Under the pieces are notes generated by a model. That model made no database searches. It saw only the letters and a list, made by a program, of their open reading frames with translations, and had not been told where the DNA came from. The translations under genes were made by a program, and so were the position numbers. From NCBI RefSeq assembly GCF_036971445.1, contig NC_091470.1:192758001-192822000 (forward strand): DNA of 64,000 nucleotides, in the 5' to 3' direction. This DNA is from Narcine bancroftii (taxonomy: Eukaryota). Below are positions 48,501-58,525 of this stretch, piece by piece (position 1 is the first letter of the stretch; every line of letters starts with the position of its first letter).

Positions 48501-51500
48501 GCCAGTGTCAAAGACTTCATGTTTGATGCGGTCTGGGGTGGCGTCGATAATCTGTTCGGCTAAGGTCACCATGTCCACCTGTGGGGAGGGAGAAGGTTGA
48601 GAGCATGTATCCTAGCTGGTCAGAGATGGATCACCACACTGTGTTTCACTGTGCCAGGACCTTACTCTGGGGACATACAGGGCAGTGATCATGGTCTGGG
48701 GACACACAGGGAACACGGTTACATTCCAGGGACACACTGGGAACAAGGTTACATTCCAGGAATACACCGGGAATACAGTTACGTTCCAGGGATGCACAGG
48801 GAACGGTTACATTCCAGGGACGCACAGGAAACACGGTTATGTTCCAGGGATGCACAGGGAACACGATCACGTTCCAGTGATGCACAGAGAAAGCGGTTAC
48901 ATTCTGGAGACGTACAGGGAATGGGGTTATGTTCCAGGGACGCACAGTAAATGTGGTTACGCTCTGGGACACATGGGGAACGCAGTCACCCTCTGGGACA
49001 CATGGGGAACGCAGTCTTGCTGTGGGACATGAAGTTTCGCACTGTGCTTCCTCCACAGATGGAGGAGGGTGACTGCTGACAGCTTTACCGGCGGGCGGAT
49101 GGGCTGTCGCCATACCAACAACATGGGATGGAATGAGACGGTCATTTAGGATGAGCTCGGTGGACAGGATGAGGGTGGGGATGGGGATAGAGTGGGATAT
49201 GCCAAGGGCACCAGTGAGCAGCAGTGGGGTTCGAACCCCCCAGTACAGGTGGAACGTACCTGCAGCACCTCGACTGAGGGTAGGAACTCCTCATTTTCGG
49301 CATTCTCGTTGAAATGCAGCAGATCTGTCTCCATGGGATGTCGACCGGTTGCCGTAGAGAAGCGCCTGTCATCACCCGTCGCTGCGGCAGCCTGGTGGTC
49401 AGGGAAGTGCAGCGCGGGCCGGGTTTCCTCCTCTCCCTGAGGGGAACCCCACAGCCCATCCACCCCCTCAGCCCCACTGAGCCCATGCAGGGGGTTCCCG
49501 GTCTGGCCACAGACCCAGCTGCCCCGCCGCCACGGGGATTCGCCCATCTCCATGGCAACATCTGGATCAGCGAGGGGGCAGTGCCGGGGCCCGGCCTCTC
49601 CAGGGCAAGGAACCATGGGTGGGGGAGATGGGGATGAGAGGGTGGTCTCCATGTTCAGGCCTGCAGGAGAGAAGGGGTTAATAATGGACCAGTGGTGGTG
49701 GGGGGGGATTAGGGGTGGGTAGGGAACAGATGGGTGGAGTTTTCAATGGGGAAGAGGGTGGGGTTGGTGGATGGGTAATGGGGTCTGGAGGGTAGGGAAG
49801 ATGGTGGGGGTGGGGAATGGGTGGATGGGGGTAATGGGGGGGAACAGGTGATGGGGAAGGAATGTGTGGGGGTGTGAATGGGTGGGTGGGGGTGGGAAGG
49901 GGGATGGGGTGGGGAAAGAGGGTTGGGCTATGGGCTCCACCTACCTATGTTCTGTCTCAGTGATGTCGGACTCCTGTCCTCACCGTCCTGTCCTGGCAAT
50001 GCTGGACTCCCGGCCGGGCCGTCCTGCCCCACGAGCACCGGACAAGCCCCTGGCTCATGGCCCTGCCCTTGGAGTTGCTCCAGCTGTGCCGCCAGACCCA
50101 CGTGCCCACGGGAGCGTGCCACGTGCAGCGGCAGCCGGCCCAGCGAGTCCGGGATGAAGAGTGCCTCCCGATTCCACCCATACAGGGTGATGGCAGCCTC
50201 CACATGGCCCAGTGCGCAGGCCCACATCTGTGGGGAGGGGGAGAGTGATGAGGGACGAAGCTGGTTTTCCCCCCATCACCCCCCCAACCCTGCAGAGAGG
50301 GACAGAGCTGGTTCCCCCTAACACCCACCCCTGCAGAGAGGGGCGGAGGTGGTTCCCCCATCACCCCCCAACCCTGCAGATAGGGATGGAGCTGGATCCC
50401 CCCCCCCCAACCCCTGCAGAGAGGGACTGAGCTGGTTCCACCCCCTGAGGGTACAGAGCTGCTTCCCACACCAAGTCCATACTGGCCAGCACAACAGTGT
50501 GGGCTGAAGGGCTTGTGCTGTGCTGTTCCATGTTTACTCCTTCCACTTTGTGTGTCCTCCATCCCCACAACACTCCAGCACTGCCTGGGTTCGGGGATTG
50601 GGTGAGGGACTCACCAGAGGGGTGCAGGAGAAGTGATCAACGTTCAAGGGGTCCACCTCCTGCTCCACATCTAGGCTGTCAGCGCTGAGGGTCCTGTGGT
50701 CAGACACAGCTGTTACAGGAACAGGAAGGGGTGAGGGAGGGAGGGAAGAGAGGGAGGGAGTGAGGGGCAGGGAGGGGAGACAGAGGGAAGGGAGAGGAAG
50801 GTTGTGTGTGGGGGGTATGGGAAGTGTGGTAGGGGTTTTGGGCAGGATTGGGGTACGGGTCAGGGTGGAGTTTTGGTATGGGGAGTATGGGTAGGGGTAC
50901 AGGGCAGGGTGGAGTGTGGGTGGGGGTACGGGGTGTGTGGGTAGGGGTACGGGGCAGGCTGGGGTGTGGGTACTGGGGTGTGTAGGTGGGGGTACGGTGG
51001 GTGTGGGGAGGAGTATGGAGCTGGGTGGGGGTACGGGGTCGGGTTCGGAACAGGTGGGGGTCCCCGGACGGGCCTTGCCTCCACTTGATGAGGGTGTGGA
51101 TGAGCCGGGAGTAGCCCTGAGCTGCGGCCAGGTGGAGCAGGCTCATCCCCCGGAAGCTGGCGCTGTGAAGCAACTGCTCCGAGCGGATCCAACACGAACG
51201 TGACATCATGGCGTGGCACAGTGCGACAATCCGCTCCTCGAACGAGTCCGATGATGCCTGGGGTGGGTGGGGGGGCAAGAGAGGGGAGGGGGTCACGTAG
51301 TTATCTGCACTGCTGTGGCCCATCCCACTGTTGCACCTGCCTCCACGGAGTTGGGGTGGGGGAAGTCATGGAGGAGAGGGGGTTCATGATCTTCACCACA
51401 CCACCCTGCATCATTCCAGTGTCCCACCCATTTCTGCAGTGGGGGATGGGGAATCGGGGGGGGGGGGGGGTCACGATCTTAACCACATTGGCATGACTCA

Positions 51501-54500
51501 TCCTTCCCCTGCCTCCTGCCCATCTCCACAGAGGGTGGCGGGGGGGTTGCATATTTACCAAACTGCCATGGCCTGTCCCTAGCGTCCCAGCTGTCTCCAC
51601 GAGGTGGAGGCGGTGGGAGAGAGTGTGGGAAAGAAGGGGGCAGAGATCAGGAGAGTGTGGGGTCAGAGAGCAGGGAAGAAAGGAAAGGTGGTGAGAGTGG
51701 GGGAGGGGGAGGATTAGAAGGGAGGGAGGGGTGGAGAGGGGAGAGAGGATGGAGAGTAGAAGGGAAGGGAGAGAGATGGACAAGATGGGGAGAGAGGAGG
51801 GTAGAGGAGCAGATGGGGAAAGAGGGAGAGGGACGGATAGGGAGAGGGGAGATAGGCATTGATGGGAGGGATAAATAGGGTATAGGGGAAGGGAGAGTGG
51901 AGGGGAGAGGGATGGATGGGGGAGAGGGGAGTAGAGAGTAGAGGGGAGAGGGAAGGGTGTGGGTCAGAGGGAGAAAGAGGGGGTAGATGAGGAGAGGGTT
52001 TTGAAAGGTAATATCGGGGTGGAGGGAGGTGAGTGCAGTGATAGGCAGGCAGTGAGAAGAGGAGGGATTGGGCTTTTATTGGAGTCCTGGGGGTGCCTGC
52101 TTTCCCGTGGTGTCGGATGGGATGTGTGAAACAAGGTCTGCAGATGCTGTGATTGTCGTTCACACATCAAATACAGTGGGGTTACAGGCCCTTCATGCCC
52201 ACGCCACTCAATTTACTCCCAATTCACCTGCACCCCACCCCCCCAGTAAGTTTTGAGGGTGGAAGAAAACCGGTTCAGACATGGGAAAAACGTAGAAAAG
52301 TAAAACACGAAAGTCTGCAGACTCCGTGAGTCTGTTTCTTCTCTGTGGTGGAGAAAGTCAGCCAGCTCAAACAGTGTCCCTCTTACAGTTACAAGAGGAG
52401 ATCGACAGGATGCAGAGTTGGGCAGAAAAGTGGCAGATGGAGTTCAATCTGGATCAGTGTGAGGTTTGAAAGACCAACCAGAAGGCTGAGTACAGGGTTA
52501 ATGGTCAGTTACTTCACAGTGTGGATGAACAGAGGGACCTTGGAGTCCAAATCCAGACATCCCTCAAGGTCGCTGCACAGTTTGATAGGATAGTTAGGAA
52601 GGTCTATGGGACTCTGGGCTTCATTAGTCGGGGGATTGAATTCAGGAGTAGAGAGGTCATGTTGCAACTCGACAAATCTCTGGTGAGACTCCACTTAGAG
52701 GATTGTGTTCAGTTCTGGTCACCCCATTACAGGAAGGATGTGGAAGCCATGGAGAGGGGGCAGAGGAGATTCACCAGAGTGTTGCTTGGATTGGGAATCG
52801 CAAAGCCTTATGAGGCAAGGTTCGCAGAGCTGGGACTTTTCTGAGAGGAGACTTGATCAACGTTGACAAGATTCTGAGAGGCAGAGATAGGGAGGACGGC
52901 CAGCACCTGTTTCCCAGGGTTGGATCTGCAAATAGGTGTGGACAAAGTGAAGGAAGGGAAGTTTAGGGAGATGTTAGGGTTTAAGTATTTTACACAGAGA
53001 GTTGTGGGGGCCTGGAAAGCCTCTCCAGAGACTCTTAGACAGACACGGATGAAAGGAAAATAGAGGGTATTGGGTAGGGAGGGATCAGTATTTTTAGGAA
53101 GGAATATATGGGTCAAAAGAGTCTGGAAAAACAACCAACTGAAAAACCTCACAAAGATAAGCGTATACAGAGCCGTTGTCATACCCACACTCCTGTTCGG
53201 CTCCGAATCATGGGTCCTCTACCGGCATCACCTATGGCTCCTAGAACGCTTCCACCAGCGTTGTCTCCGCTCCATCCTCAACATCCATTGGAGCGCTTTC
53301 ATCCCTAACGTCGAAGTACTCGAGATGGCAGAGGTCGACAGCATCGAATCCATGCTGCTGAAGATCCAGCTGCGCTGGATGGGTCACGTCTCCAGAATGG
53401 AGGACCATCGCCTTCCCAAGATCGTGTTATATGGCGAGCTCTCCACTGGCCACCGTGACAGAGGTGCACCAAAGAAAAGGTACAAGGACTGCCTAAAGAA
53501 ATCTCTTGGTGCCTGCCACATTGACCACCGCCAGTGGGCTGATAACGCCTCAAACCGTGCATCTTGGCGCCTCACAGTTTGGCGGGCAGCAACCTCCTTT
53601 GAAGAAGACCGCAGAGCCCACCTCACTGACAAAAGGCAAAGGAGGAAAAACCCAACACCCAACCCCAACCAACCAATTTTCCCCTGCAGCCGCTGCAACC
53701 GTGTCTGCCTGTCCCGCATCGGACTTGTCAGCCACAAACGAGCCTGCAGCTGACGTGGACTTTTACCCCCTCCATAAATCTTCGTCCGCGAAGCCAAGCC
53801 AAAGATATGGGTCAGCACAACATCGAGGGCTGAAGAGCCTGTACTGTATTGTCTTAAGTGTGCGGTGGTGGGCTGTAAGAGCCAGGAATTCTGGAGGATA
53901 ATGTGTTGGATGTGGAGGCTGGTGGGGGGGAGAGGTTCAAGCTCCTTACAAACAACACCAGATGGGAACCCCGGTCGCTGGTGCTGTAACAATGTCGTGC
54001 TAACTGTGTCGCCCCTGTGGTTGAGTTGGGGCTGTGGTTGATGATGAGGTTGGGATGGGTGCAGACAGAACAGAGAGCAGAGAATTCCGAGGGGGGGGGG
54101 GGGGGGGAGATGAGAATGGAATAAGTGAGGGTGAAGTCAAGACGGTGGATGTCTCGCAAGCAGCAGGAAAAGACCTTGACGAAGGGATCAGGCCCAAAAC
54201 ACCGGTGATCTCTCTCTGCTCCCTTGGACGGTTGGAGCTGCTGAGGCCCTCCAACACTTGTGTATGGCCGAGCTCACAGGCATGTGTTCCCATCAGATCA
54301 GAGCAGGGCACGGGACAAGCTGTCTAATCCCACTTTGCAAGCCCTTGATTTAATCCCCCTCCCACAAGAAGCTGCCATAAATAGCCAAGCAAATCTGTCA
54401 CCAAGCCTCACTGCTGCCCAGAGTCCACAGCTCCGAACTGTGTTCAACTCCTCCAACAAGATCGACAACCACGGAGGGGGGGGAACCTGGGCCAGAACTG

Positions 54501-57500
54501 ACACCCCCCCCCTGCATGACACACACCCAGGACCCTCCATCTCACCCCCGCCCCTTGGCTCAATGCCACCAATGAGGCTGCTGCCTGTTTCCTTGTTCAG
54601 TCTGCCTGTTCCAACATCCCATCCTCGTTCAGTCTGCCTGTTCTTACACCCCGCCCTCGTTAGTCTGCCTGTTCTCACACCCCATCCTTGTTCAGTCTGC
54701 CTGTTCCTACATCCCATCCTCATTCAGTCTGCCTGTTCTTACATCCCACCCTTGTTAGTCTGCCTGTTTCTACACCCATCCTTGTTCAGTCTGCCTGTTC
54801 CTACACTCCACCCTCAATCAGTCTGCTTGTTTGTACACCCCATCCTCATTCATGCCTGTATCCTAAACCCCACCCTCACACCCCTCATCCTATCCACTCA
54901 TCTGCCTGTATCCTACATCCCACCCTCCTCCAGTCTGTCTGTTCCTACACTCCACCCTTGTTCAGTCTGTCTATCCTACCCCTCATCCCACCAACCTACA
55001 CCCCATCTCACCTGCATCTACCCTACCCTCTCATGTATCACTCTCTGCTTGATTCCTGACCCACCCCATCCCAACTGTATCCTACACCCCAGCCTCACAC
55101 GCTCATCCCATCCACCCATCTGCCTGTGTCCAACACCCCACCCTCATACTCCTCTTCCTATCCACCTCTCCACTGTATTCTACACCCCACTCTAAAACCC
55201 TTCATCCCATCCACTCTGGCTGTACACAACACACCCTCACACCCATCATCTCATCCACTGTCTCTGTATCCTACCCTGCACCCTCACACTCTTCATCCCA
55301 TCCAGTCTGTCTGTATCTACACCCTCCCCTCACACCCCTCATCCCATCCACTGCCTGCCTGTATCTTACACCCCACCCTCACACCCCTCATCCCATCCAC
55401 TGTCTGTCTGTATCTACACCCTGCCCTCACACCCCTCATCCCATCCATCTGCCCGTATCTTACACCCCACCCTCACACCCCTCATCCCATCCACCCATCT
55501 GCCTGTATCTTACACCCCACCCTCACACCCCTCATCCCATCCAGTCTGCCTGTATCTTACACCCCACCCTCATCCCATCCACTGTCTGTCTGTATCTTAA
55601 ACCCCACCTTTAAACCCCTCATCCCATCCACTCTGCCTGTATTTTACACCCCACCCTCACACCCCTCATCCCATCCACTGCCTGCCTGTATCCTGTCTCG
55701 CCTTGCTCACTCCTCTGCTGCCTGCCTCCCAAAACCTACAATTTACCATGTGACAGTGTCTATCCTCCACAGTTCCACACGACTGATGCCTATGACTGCT
55801 GCTTCCAGCTATTCCCCTACACTCCGATGGTTCCCTCCCACTGTTTTCATCCTCTACGCCCTCCGACTGTTCCCCCTAACTATTCCTATCCTGCACACAC
55901 TCTGACTGTTCCCATCCTCCACACCCTCCAACTGTCCGCATCCTCAAGACCCTCTGACTGTTCCCTCTGACTGTTCCCATCATCACACCCTCTGTCTGTT
56001 CCCATCCTCCACACTCTCCAACTGTTCCCTCCAGCTGTCCGCATCCTCAAGACCCTCCGACTGTTCCCTCTGACCCTTCCCATCCTCCACACCTCCAACG
56101 GTTTCCTCCCACTTTTCCCAACCTCTACACCCTCCGACTGTTCCCTCCAACTGTTCCTATCCTCCACACACTCTGACGGTTCCCTCCCACTGTTCCCATC
56201 TTCTATACCCTATGACTGTTCCCTCAGTCTGTTCCTATCCTGCACTCTGACTGTTCTCATCCTCTACACCCTCTGACTGTTCCCATCCTCTACCCCCTCT
56301 GATTGTTCCCATCCTCTACACCCTCTGTTGAGGGTCTGTCTGTATGCGGTGTTTGTGGGGGGAGAATATCTGACCATTTAATTTGCATGGAAAGGGTGGA
56401 AATGGCCCAATTGACTGTGATAGAAACAAAATTTCAACATTTAAATTTAACAAACCTTCTTTAAATTTAAATGTACAGCATGGTAATAGGCCCATCTGGC
56501 CCATGGGGAACACGCCAATGAACCCACATTTTTTAAGGGTGGGAGGAAACCGGACCCCTAGAGGAAACCCACGCAGACACGGGGAGAAAGGTACAAACTC
56601 CTCACAGACAGCGCGGGATTGGAACCCAGGACGCTGGCGCTGTAACAGATTGTGCTGATCAGGCCGCCCAGTTTAAGGAAGAGGATGGAAATGAAACCGG
56701 CCGAGAAGATTGCAGGGGTCTCCCTTTCCTCTACTGACGTTTACAGGGAGCGTTGCTTACATAGGGGCACAAAGAATTCTGGAGGACGAGGGCAAATTCA
56801 GGATAGAAGGGCGTCCGATGAGAACAGGAGCCTTTTCTTCAGTCAGAGTGCATTTAGGGCAGAGGTTGACCGGCTCTTGATTAGCCAGGGCATTAAAGGG
56901 AGAAGGTTGGGCAATGGGGAAATGGTTCAGCTCATGGTTAAATGGTGGGGCAGACTCAATGGGCCGAATGGCTGATTTCGGCTCCAGTCTTAAGGTCTTT
57001 CCATCCAGCACATGACCAGGGCCCTCCATCCCACCCCCCTGCCCCTTGGCTCAATGCCCACCACAGGAAGGAGGTACAGAAGCATCAGTATCAGGATGGC
57101 CACCCTGGGAAATAGCTCCTTCTCGCAGGCTGTGAGGTTGATGAACGGCACCTTGTAACCGAGTAAATCATCCAAATATTTACATATCTTTATCTAGGTG
57201 TAAACCATGTGCTGTGTATTCTGTGGAAGTCTGCAAATGCTGTGATTGTAGTCAAAGCATAGAGATGCTGGAGGGAACCAGCCGCAGTAGGTAAAGATAA
57301 TATTATCGGCGTTTTGGGCCTGAGCCTGTCCTCAGGGTGTGAGTGAAAAAGAGAGAAAAGCGACTGAGAGAGAAAGGGGAAGAATAGGGAGAGGGGAAGA
57401 ACAGACCTACAGACAAAAGGTGTTAATTGGATATGATAAGAGGAGAGGTGAAAATTGATTTTGGCTCTGTGAAAGGAGACAGAGGGAAAAGGGGAGAGGG

Positions 57501-57977
57501 AAAGATAGAGAGAGAGAGAGAGGAAAGAAGACAGGGATCATAAAATGGGGGATGTTTTAACGGGAACTGGAGAGGTTGAGGTTGAGGTTAATACCTTCCA
57601 GTTGGAGGGAGCCCAGCTGAAAGACAAGGTGTTGTACCTCCAATTTTCGATGGTCTTGGTCTGACCGTGCAAGGGAATAGGTTGGAGAATTGAAATGGGA
57701 GTCTATTAGGAGATCCACGCTGTTGGAACGGACAGAGCAAGAAGCTCAATGAAGTGTTCAGTGTTTCCGACATAGAGGAGGACACAACAGGAGCACTGGA
57801 TGCAGTCGATGGTCCAGTCAGACGAGCAATCAACTACAATTCAGAGGTGAAATTGTACCTGGATTTGCATCTTGTTCCCTGCTCTCGTACCCTGCTGCTG
57901 GCTCGAAGCAGCCATCTCCGCGATACGCTTCTCCATCTGCTCCAGTCGCTCAAGAATCGACATCCGAAACTGATTAT
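12487..57977 (-). CDS. CAMTA2: Calmodulin-binding transcription activator 2-like, 3' portion (12 coding exons in window, 5' part outside)
   Basis: Exons 57859-57977, 51079-51257, 50615-50693, 49945-50227, 49260-49660, 48391-48578, 44670-44916, 43986-44057, 40648-40668, 38013-38203, 37803-37877 and 12487-12550 join with consistent phases and AG acceptors. The peptides GRMESEFALLTLSD, GRRLKEQQEVAA, YEQKRFQQSRRAAVLIQQ and C-terminal RMKELRQAQELEGVPIHGLTT* match CAMTA2 better than CAMTA1 as I recall them. Confidence 0.93.
12583..37775. repeat. ~25.2-kb GC-rich satellite, ~28-33-bp monomers of two types (ccGAGGGTTAGTGTGTGGGACCCGTCCCC and caGTGAGGGTCAGTGTGTGTGGGACCTGTCCCC), with higher-order duplications
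   Basis: Directly visible continuous degenerate tandem array; identical ORF-track peptides recur at offsets of ~4063 and ~4927 bp. Confidence 0.98.
37803..37877 (-). CDS. CAMTA2: CAMTA2 penultimate exon ASFLTKRQDQAARKIMRFLRRCRHR
   Basis: gttccag acceptor, AG|gtaggg donor; 75 nt; QDQAARKIMRFLRRCRH is conserved. Confidence 0.95.
38013..38203 (-). CDS. CAMTA2: CAMTA2 exon with two IQ motifs (YALYKKMTQAAILIQSKFRSYYEQKRFQQSRRAAVLIQQCYRSYK...)
   Basis: ORF 38009-38293; ttttcag acceptor, AA|gtgagt donor; 191 nt. Confidence 0.96.
38351..39252 (+). mobile_element. Possible solo LTR
   Basis: ~900-bp AT-rich island bounded by tgttat...ataaca, with AATAAA ~65 bp from the end; no matching TSD found. 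Confidence 0.4.
39590..40320 (-). mobile_element. CR1 RT fragments
   Basis: ORF 39643-40083 contains LVRPNLEHCVQFWSPNYRK...RFTRMLP...SYRERLNRLGLYS. Confidence 0.82.
40648..40668 (-). CDS. CAMTA2: 21-nt cassette microexon LTWIALK between IQ motifs
   Basis: Minus strand reads ttttcgttttactag|CTA ACC TGG ATA GCA CTG AAG|gtaaaac; the peptide matches the LTWIALK insert I recall in mammalian CAMTA isoforms. It is too short for the ORF track. Confidence 0.9.
40960..41400 (+). mobile_element. Rex1/Babar-like LINE 3' fragment
   Basis: CLKKAATILKDAHHRGHALFTLPPSGKRSRSLKT; ends aataaattctgattctgact. Confidence 0.7.
41400..41840 (+). mobile_element. Penelope-like element fragment (related pieces near 3230-3460, 40735-40900 and 57225-57830)
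   Basis: aaattggacaaacaacacctcaccttctgtctg...ctccaaccagatggc resembles a decayed GIY-YIG C-terminus; terminal gaagggctcaggcccgaaacg...gctgagttcctccagc. Family call is from recall. Confidence 0.5.
42140..43980. repeat. Polypurine tract with 19-bp (GGGGGAGACGAGGGGGATG-type) and 18-bp (GGGGAGACGAGGGGGAAT) minisatellites
   Basis: Near-perfect 19-mers at ~42620-42870 and 18-mers at ~43030-43720. Confidence 0.97.
43986..44057 (-). CDS. CAMTA2: CAMTA2 IQ exon GRRLKEQQEVAALVIQRCYRKYKQ
   Basis: 72 nt, phase 0-0; accag acceptor, CAG|gtacac donor. Confidence 0.95.
44670..44916 (-). CDS. CAMTA2: CAMTA2 exon with first IQ-like motif (...EQRELYEAARIIQTAFRKYK)
   Basis: ORF 44592-44924; gacag acceptor, AAG|gtgatg donor; 247 nt. 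Confidence 0.95.
44945..45400. repeat. ~53-bp minisatellite (cacacactcccggggtcagacacagagtgaagctccctccacaccgtcccat)
   Basis: About 8 degenerate tandem copies directly upstream of the 44916 acceptor. Confidence 0.93.
45790..46215 (+). mobile_element. Decayed CR1 3' fragments
   Basis: QRRFTRMLPGM peptide and a CR1 tail (aagggcctgcactgcactctaatg). Confidence 0.65.
46395..46890 (-). repeat. ~45-bp minisatellite, orientation A (ggggtacagtactggtggggacgggtctgtcactgtgtaacac)
   Basis: Visible tandem copies. Confidence 0.95.
46980..46994 (+). promoter_or_regulatory. Candidate CTCF site
   Basis: CCAGCAGAGGGCAGC matches the CCASYAGRKGGCRS core; motif match only. Confidence 0.45.
47712..48270 (+). repeat. 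~45-bp minisatellite, orientation B (ccccaccagtactgtaccccagtgttacacagtgacagacc)
   Basis: Reverse complement of the arrays at 46395 and 58065. Confidence 0.95.
48391..48578 (-). CDS. CAMTA2: CAMTA2 exon VDMVTLAEQIIDATPDRIK...MAWLAGYLENVD
   Basis: ORF 48381-48578; cccacag acceptor, AG|gttggt donor; 188 nt. Confidence 0.95.
48695..49030. repeat. ~30-bp minisatellite (gggacacacagggaacacggttacattcca)
   Basis: Degenerate tandem copies. Confidence 0.88.
49260..49660 (-). CDS. CAMTA2: CAMTA2 exon, low-conservation Pro/Gly-rich linker ending ENAENEEFLPSVEVLQ
   Basis: ORF 49146-49652 frame; tctcctgcag acceptor, CAG|gtacgt donor; 401 nt, and the phases fit both neighbours. Confidence 0.87.
49945..50227 (-). 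CDS. CAMTA2: CAMTA2 exon, ankyrin repeats (MWACALGHVEAA...PDSLGRLPLHVARSRGHV)
   Basis: ORF 49928-50227; cacag acceptor, G|gtaggt donor; 283 nt. Confidence 0.95.
50615..50693 (-). CDS. CAMTA2: CAMTA2 exon TLSADSLDVEQEVDPLNVDHFSCTPL
   Basis: cacag acceptor, CTG|gtgagt donor, 79 nt; EVDPLNVDHFSCTPL is conserved in CAMTAs. Confidence 0.95.
51079..51257 (-). CDS. CAMTA2: CAMTA2 exon, first ankyrin repeat (ASSDSFEERIV...FRGMSLLHLAAAQGYSRLIHTLIKWR)
   Basis: Lies inside ORF 50700-51323; ccccag acceptor, AG|gcaagg (GC) donor; 179 nt. Confidence 0.88.
52390..53850 (+). mobile_element. CR1 3' fragment (same family as 9510-10290), split by the RTE insertion
   Basis: EQRDLGVQI, LGFISRGIEFRSREVMLQL, CVQFWSPHYRKD; near-identical to the 9510-10290 region. 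Confidence 0.9.
53116..53804 (+). mobile_element. 5'-truncated young RTE-clade LINE with open RT C-terminal ORF and CCHC finger, 10-bp TSD
   Basis: ORF 53070-53753: LLFGSESW, RFHQRCLRSIL, LRWMGHVSRM, CSRCNRVCLSRIGLVSHKRAC; TSD atatgggtca at 53106-53115 and 53805-53814. Confidence 0.92.
54590..56325. repeat. Compound pyrimidine-rich minisatellites (~31-, ~47- and ~26-bp units)
   Basis: Successive units cagtctgcctgttcctacacccc, cacccctcatcccatccac and ctctgactgttcccatcctc. Confidence 0.9.
56470..56650 (-). mobile_element. tRNA-derived V-SINE/HE1-like SINE fragment
   Basis: ggaggaaaccggac...gaggaaacccacgcagacacggggaga and a reverse B-box gggattggaacc; similar pieces near 52170-52290 and 53920-54020. 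Confidence 0.65.
57859..57977 (-). CDS. CAMTA2: CAMTA2 exon, post-TIG helix (D)NQFRMSILERLEQMEKRIAEMAASSQQQGTRAGNKMQIQ
   Basis: tttgatcag acceptor, CAG|gtacaa donor, 119 nt, phase 1 to 0; DNQFRMSILERLEQME is a conserved CAMTA motif. Confidence 0.9.
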
Positions 57978-58064
57978 CTGATCAAAGATGGAAGAGAACA
58001 GGGATCTGAGAGCTGGGAAAAGTGCGACACATCCACCAAAACCGTTCAATGCACAGCAAAGAAC

Positions 58065-58525
58065 TGCATAACACCGGGGGACAGTACTGGTGGGGATGGG
58101 TCTGTCGTGGTGTAACACTGGGGTACAGTACCGGTGGGGACAAGTCTGTCATTGGGTAACACCGGGGTAGAGTACTGGTGGGCTGGGTCTGTCACTGGGT
58201 AACACTGGGGTACGGTACTGGTGGGGAGACGTCTGTCACTGTATAACACTGGGGTACAGTACTGGTGGGGACGGGCCCGTCACTGTGTAATCCTGGGGTA
58301 CAGTACTGGTGGGGTGGGGTCAAGTCTGTCACTGTGTAACACTGGGGTACGGTACTGGTGGGGACGGGTCTGTCCCTGTGTAACACTGGGGGACAGTACT
58401 GGTGGGGTGGGGTCAGGCCTGTCACTGTGTAACACCGGGGTACAGTACTGGTGGAGACGGGTCTGTCCCTTTGTAACAGTGGGGTATTGTACTGGTGGGG
58501 ACAGGTCTGTTGCTGTGTAACACCG
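58065..58525 (-). repeat. ~45-bp minisatellite, orientation A
   Basis: Same unit as 46395-46890. Confidence 0.95.

Noticed and set aside
51301-51783. Possible extra CAMTA2 exon upstream of the ankyrin exon
   Set aside because: No recognisable homology, and exons 57859 and 51257 already join in phase.
54260-55905. 311-aa and 259-aa plus-strand ORFs
   Set aside because: They are translations of pyrimidine-rich minisatellites.
12487-57977. Assignment as CAMTA1
   Set aside because: Diagnostic peptides (GRRLKE, MESEFALLTL, QKRFQQ, terminal MKELRQ...GLTT) fit CAMTA2 as recalled; a phylogeny would confirm.
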